Virus record (IMG/VR): IMGVR_UViG_3300007346_000223
Coordinates: 1-24,565 of that record
DNA length: 24,565 nt
Strand: one strand, 5' to 3'
Source: a virus
Taxonomy: Duplodnaviria; Caudoviricetes
The position numbers and the translations under genes were made by a program. Below, one piece after another: positions 22,387 through 24,565 of this stretch. The notes beneath the pieces were generated by a model that ran no database searches, had not been told where the DNA came from, and worked only from the letters and a program-made list of their open reading frames with translations. Numbering within the stretch: the first letter of the stretch is position 1; every line of letters starts with the position of its first letter.

Positions 22387-23142
22387 TCAATTACTCCTCA
22401 TTTCATTCTTTACAGTTTCTTTGATAAGATTTTCCACATAATTGTGCTCATAGTTGAAGGAATAACCTTCATTACCTCCAGGATAATCTGTATAGTTTTC
22501 TCCTTCATACTCAACGATTAGATCATCATCCAATCTACGAGCAATGATGTGATAATCTGCTTTGATTGATCCACCTGCATTGTTCTTTACAACAACTTGC
22601 CTACCCCATCGGACTTCTTGAACAAAAAGTTCTTGCCAATGTCCTCTTGGAGTAAGGTTGATTGTCATATCTTCTGTATTAACAAGACCACCCCAATAAC
22701 TTGGAAGATCAATAACTCCGTTTGCAGGAACTTCTCCTCTACAATAGACTGCAATCTCTGGACCTTCAATACAAACATGGCGAAGTCTCCACCCCTTTTT
22801 GTTTGGGTGGGGCATATCAAATGGTAGATTCTTTTTACCAGATAAAGTATGGGGACCACCCGTTCCAACACATGAAATTTCACCGGTAGTGAAGATATTT
22901 CCTTCACCAATAATAGATTCTTCAAACCAGACGTTACCTACCCTCATATTAAAATAATACCAGGGTACACACTCTTCGAGAGGTAGAATTTTTCTCAGAT
23001 CCTCGTCAAAGTTGACATCTTCATTGTGATGCTTTGGTACATAATCATAAAATACACCTGGTCTACCAACAATAGTTGGTTCCGAACAATCTTTTTTGCC
23101 TACTCTCCGGTTAATGAATAACTGTGGATTTTCTTCTGCCAT
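22387..23142 (-). CDS. Tail/baseplate-associated protein with a C-terminal chaperone-like domain (paralogue 2)
   Basis: KKNLPFDMPHPNKKGWRLRHVCIEGPEIAVYCRG...LPSYWGGLV motif. Confidence 0.75.
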   Translation of the reverse strand: MAEENPQLFINRRVGKKDCSEPTIVGRPGVFYDYVPKHHNEDVNFDEDLRKILPLEECVPWYYFNMRVGNVWFEESIIGEGNIFTTGEISCVGTGGPHTLSGKKNLPFDMPHPNKKGWRLRHVCIEGPEIAVYCRGEVPANGVIDLPSYWGGLVNTEDMTINLTPRGHWQELFVQEVRWGRQVVVKNNAGGSIKADYHIIARRLDDDLIVEYEGENYTDYPGGNEGYSFNYEHNYVENLIKETVKNEMRSN

Positions 23143-23150
23143 AATTAAAT

Positions 23151-23939
23151 TTATCTCCTTTTATCATAATTATACCCTACAACAGAGTATTCGTCATTAT
23201 TTCCAGGATAATCCTCTGGAGTTTTTCCTGGATACTCTGATATAAGTTTCTCTCCATCTTTTCTTTCAGCAAAGATGTGATAATAACAATCAATAGGCAT
23301 GTTTCCTTTTGATTGCAGATGAATCTTTTTCTCGTCGATTCTCTTGATAATCACATCTTGATGTGCTCCGACTGGAGTTAAGTTTACTGTGATTGAAGTT
23401 GTATCAACAAAATTTTTCCAATAAGAAGGTAGATTGATGTGATTCTCACCAGTAACTCTACCACGTATATATACATCATTCGATGGACCTTCTGGACATG
23501 TATGTCTTAGTCTCCAATCTGCTTTTGATGGGTGTGGAATATCAAAGTTCTTTTTAAGTGAAAGAATATGCTGTCCACCAAGAACTCTTGCAATAACCTC
23601 ACCCTGTGCAATTACATTAGTTCCTACCTCAATTTGCCCATTAACTGTCAGGTTATCAAAAACCGCAGCATCTCCAACAACAGATAGTGAATATGGAGAC
23701 CGATTGAATAAAGCAATCGTGCCGGGAATAATTGGCGCTGGAGACTCTGAATTGGTAACAGGACCAATCATAGTTGCTGCACTTACAAATGGAAATAAAG
23801 GAGCACTGCCCAACACTAAAGGACCCTCAATGTATGCAGACCCTCTAATTTCAGCTGGACCAATACCCAGTGAAAATGGTGTTCCCTCACCTACAAAGAG
23901 TCTCTTTCCAATTGCAATATCATCAAATTCCATTGACAT
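23151..23939 (-). CDS. Tail/baseplate-associated protein with a C-terminal chaperone-like domain (paralogue 1)
   Basis: KKNFDIPHPSKADWRLRHTCPEGPSNDVYIRG...LPSYWKNFV motif. The start abuts the upstream stop (TAAATG). Confidence 0.75.
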   Translation of the reverse strand: MSMEFDDIAIGKRLFVGEGTPFSLGIGPAEIRGSAYIEGPLVLGSAPLFPFVSAATMIGPVTNSESPAPIIPGTIALFNRSPYSLSVVGDAAVFDNLTVNGQIEVGTNVIAQGEVIARVLGGQHILSLKKNFDIPHPSKADWRLRHTCPEGPSNDVYIRGRVTGENHINLPSYWKNFVDTTSITVNLTPVGAHQDVIIKRIDEKKIHLQSKGNMPIDCYYHIFAERKDGEKLISEYPGKTPEDYPGNNDEYSVVGYNYDKRR

Positions 23940-24554
23940 TTATGTAAGTCCCTCCGTTTCCTTAACAACTTTCGTAGTACTTTTTCCACCAAGTTTAGAT
24001 GGATTTGTCGCAGATGCTGATGTTACACATTTAGTAAATCCAGCATACATTTCCATTGTAGTTTTACAACTAATTCTACCAATACCAGATGAAAGAAACT
24101 TCCAGGCATTTTCTGCATCGAGATTAATGACTTTGGCGTTTAAATTAATCTGTTCATTTGCAGTAATATTGACATTTCCTACGTCATTACTACCTGCTGC
24201 TTGACCACCAATGATTTCGACATTTCTTCCAATGATTCTAACATCACCATTTTCAGCATTTAATACAATATCACCCTGTTTTGTAACAACAATGAATGCA
24301 TTTTCTGATCCTGGTCCATCAAAAAACTCACCAGAAGTGATTGAAAATGCTCCAGGACATCTGGCAACAGTCCAACCTTCTCTTGGTCCATCCTTACATA
24401 AAGAAATATAGTGACCCTCATATGATGCTTGTAATTTTACATCAGAGATGACCTCACCAGCAATATCATTTAGTTGAGTTTCAAGAGTTCCAAATCGAAT
24501 TGAAGCATCACTATTTCCATATTCTAGGCAATAATAGTTTATCTTTTCTGTCAT
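23940..24554 (-). CDS. gp5 C-terminal-like (central spike beta-helix) protein, 204 aa
   Basis: Short beta-strand repeats GDIVLNAENGDVRIIGRNVEII...GNVNITANEQINLNAKVINLDA resemble gp5/VgrG spike repeats. Confidence 0.55.
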   Translation of the reverse strand: MTEKINYYCLEYGNSDASIRFGTLETQLNDIAGEVISDVKLQASYEGHYISLCKDGPREGWTVARCPGAFSITSGEFFDGPGSENAFIVVTKQGDIVLNAENGDVRIIGRNVEIIGGQAAGSNDVGNVNITANEQINLNAKVINLDAENAWKFLSSGIGRISCKTTMEMYAGFTKCVTSASATNPSKLGGKSTTKVVKETEGLT

Positions 24555-24565
24555 GTGACTTGACC

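Noticed and set aside
21661-22490. Diversity-generating retroelement TR/VR pair (also considered for the 88-aa and adhesin pairs)
   Set aside because: No reverse transcriptase in the window, both copies are coding, and the differences include C/T changes rather than being adenine-specific.

Overview
An AT-rich fragment of a T4-like (myovirus) phage genome, most consistent with a marine cyanophage. All credible genes lie on the minus strand. In transcription order (right to left) it holds: a gp5-C-like spike/beta-helix protein; three tandem paralogues sharing an 'HP..K..WRLRH.C.EGP' C-terminal domain; a 287-aa acidic protein with three copies of a ~35-aa module; small hypothetical genes; tRNA-Leu(UAG); an HNH endonuclease; a structurally non-canonical tRNA-Thr(UGU); and tiny ORFs. 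These are followed by a ~16-kb cluster of Gly/Thr/Ser-rich virion and fibre genes (1625, 610, 1530, 393, 88, 88 and 904 aa), a terminator, small early-type genes and an SF2 (DEAH) helicase. T4-type late promoters (NATAAATA) precede most structural genes. Sigma70-like promoters precede the tRNAs and small genes. The most notable signals are: (i) a modular fibre system, with short and long versions of one beta-helix adhesin sharing an N-terminal peptide, two duplicated 88-aa partners and a ~35-aa module shared by four proteins; (ii) a pervasive G[IV][ASTG][ST] motif across non-homologous virion proteins; (iii) the atypical tRNA-Thr next to an HNH gene; and (iv) a shared promoter-upstream box. 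All product calls come from motif recognition by eye; no searches were run.
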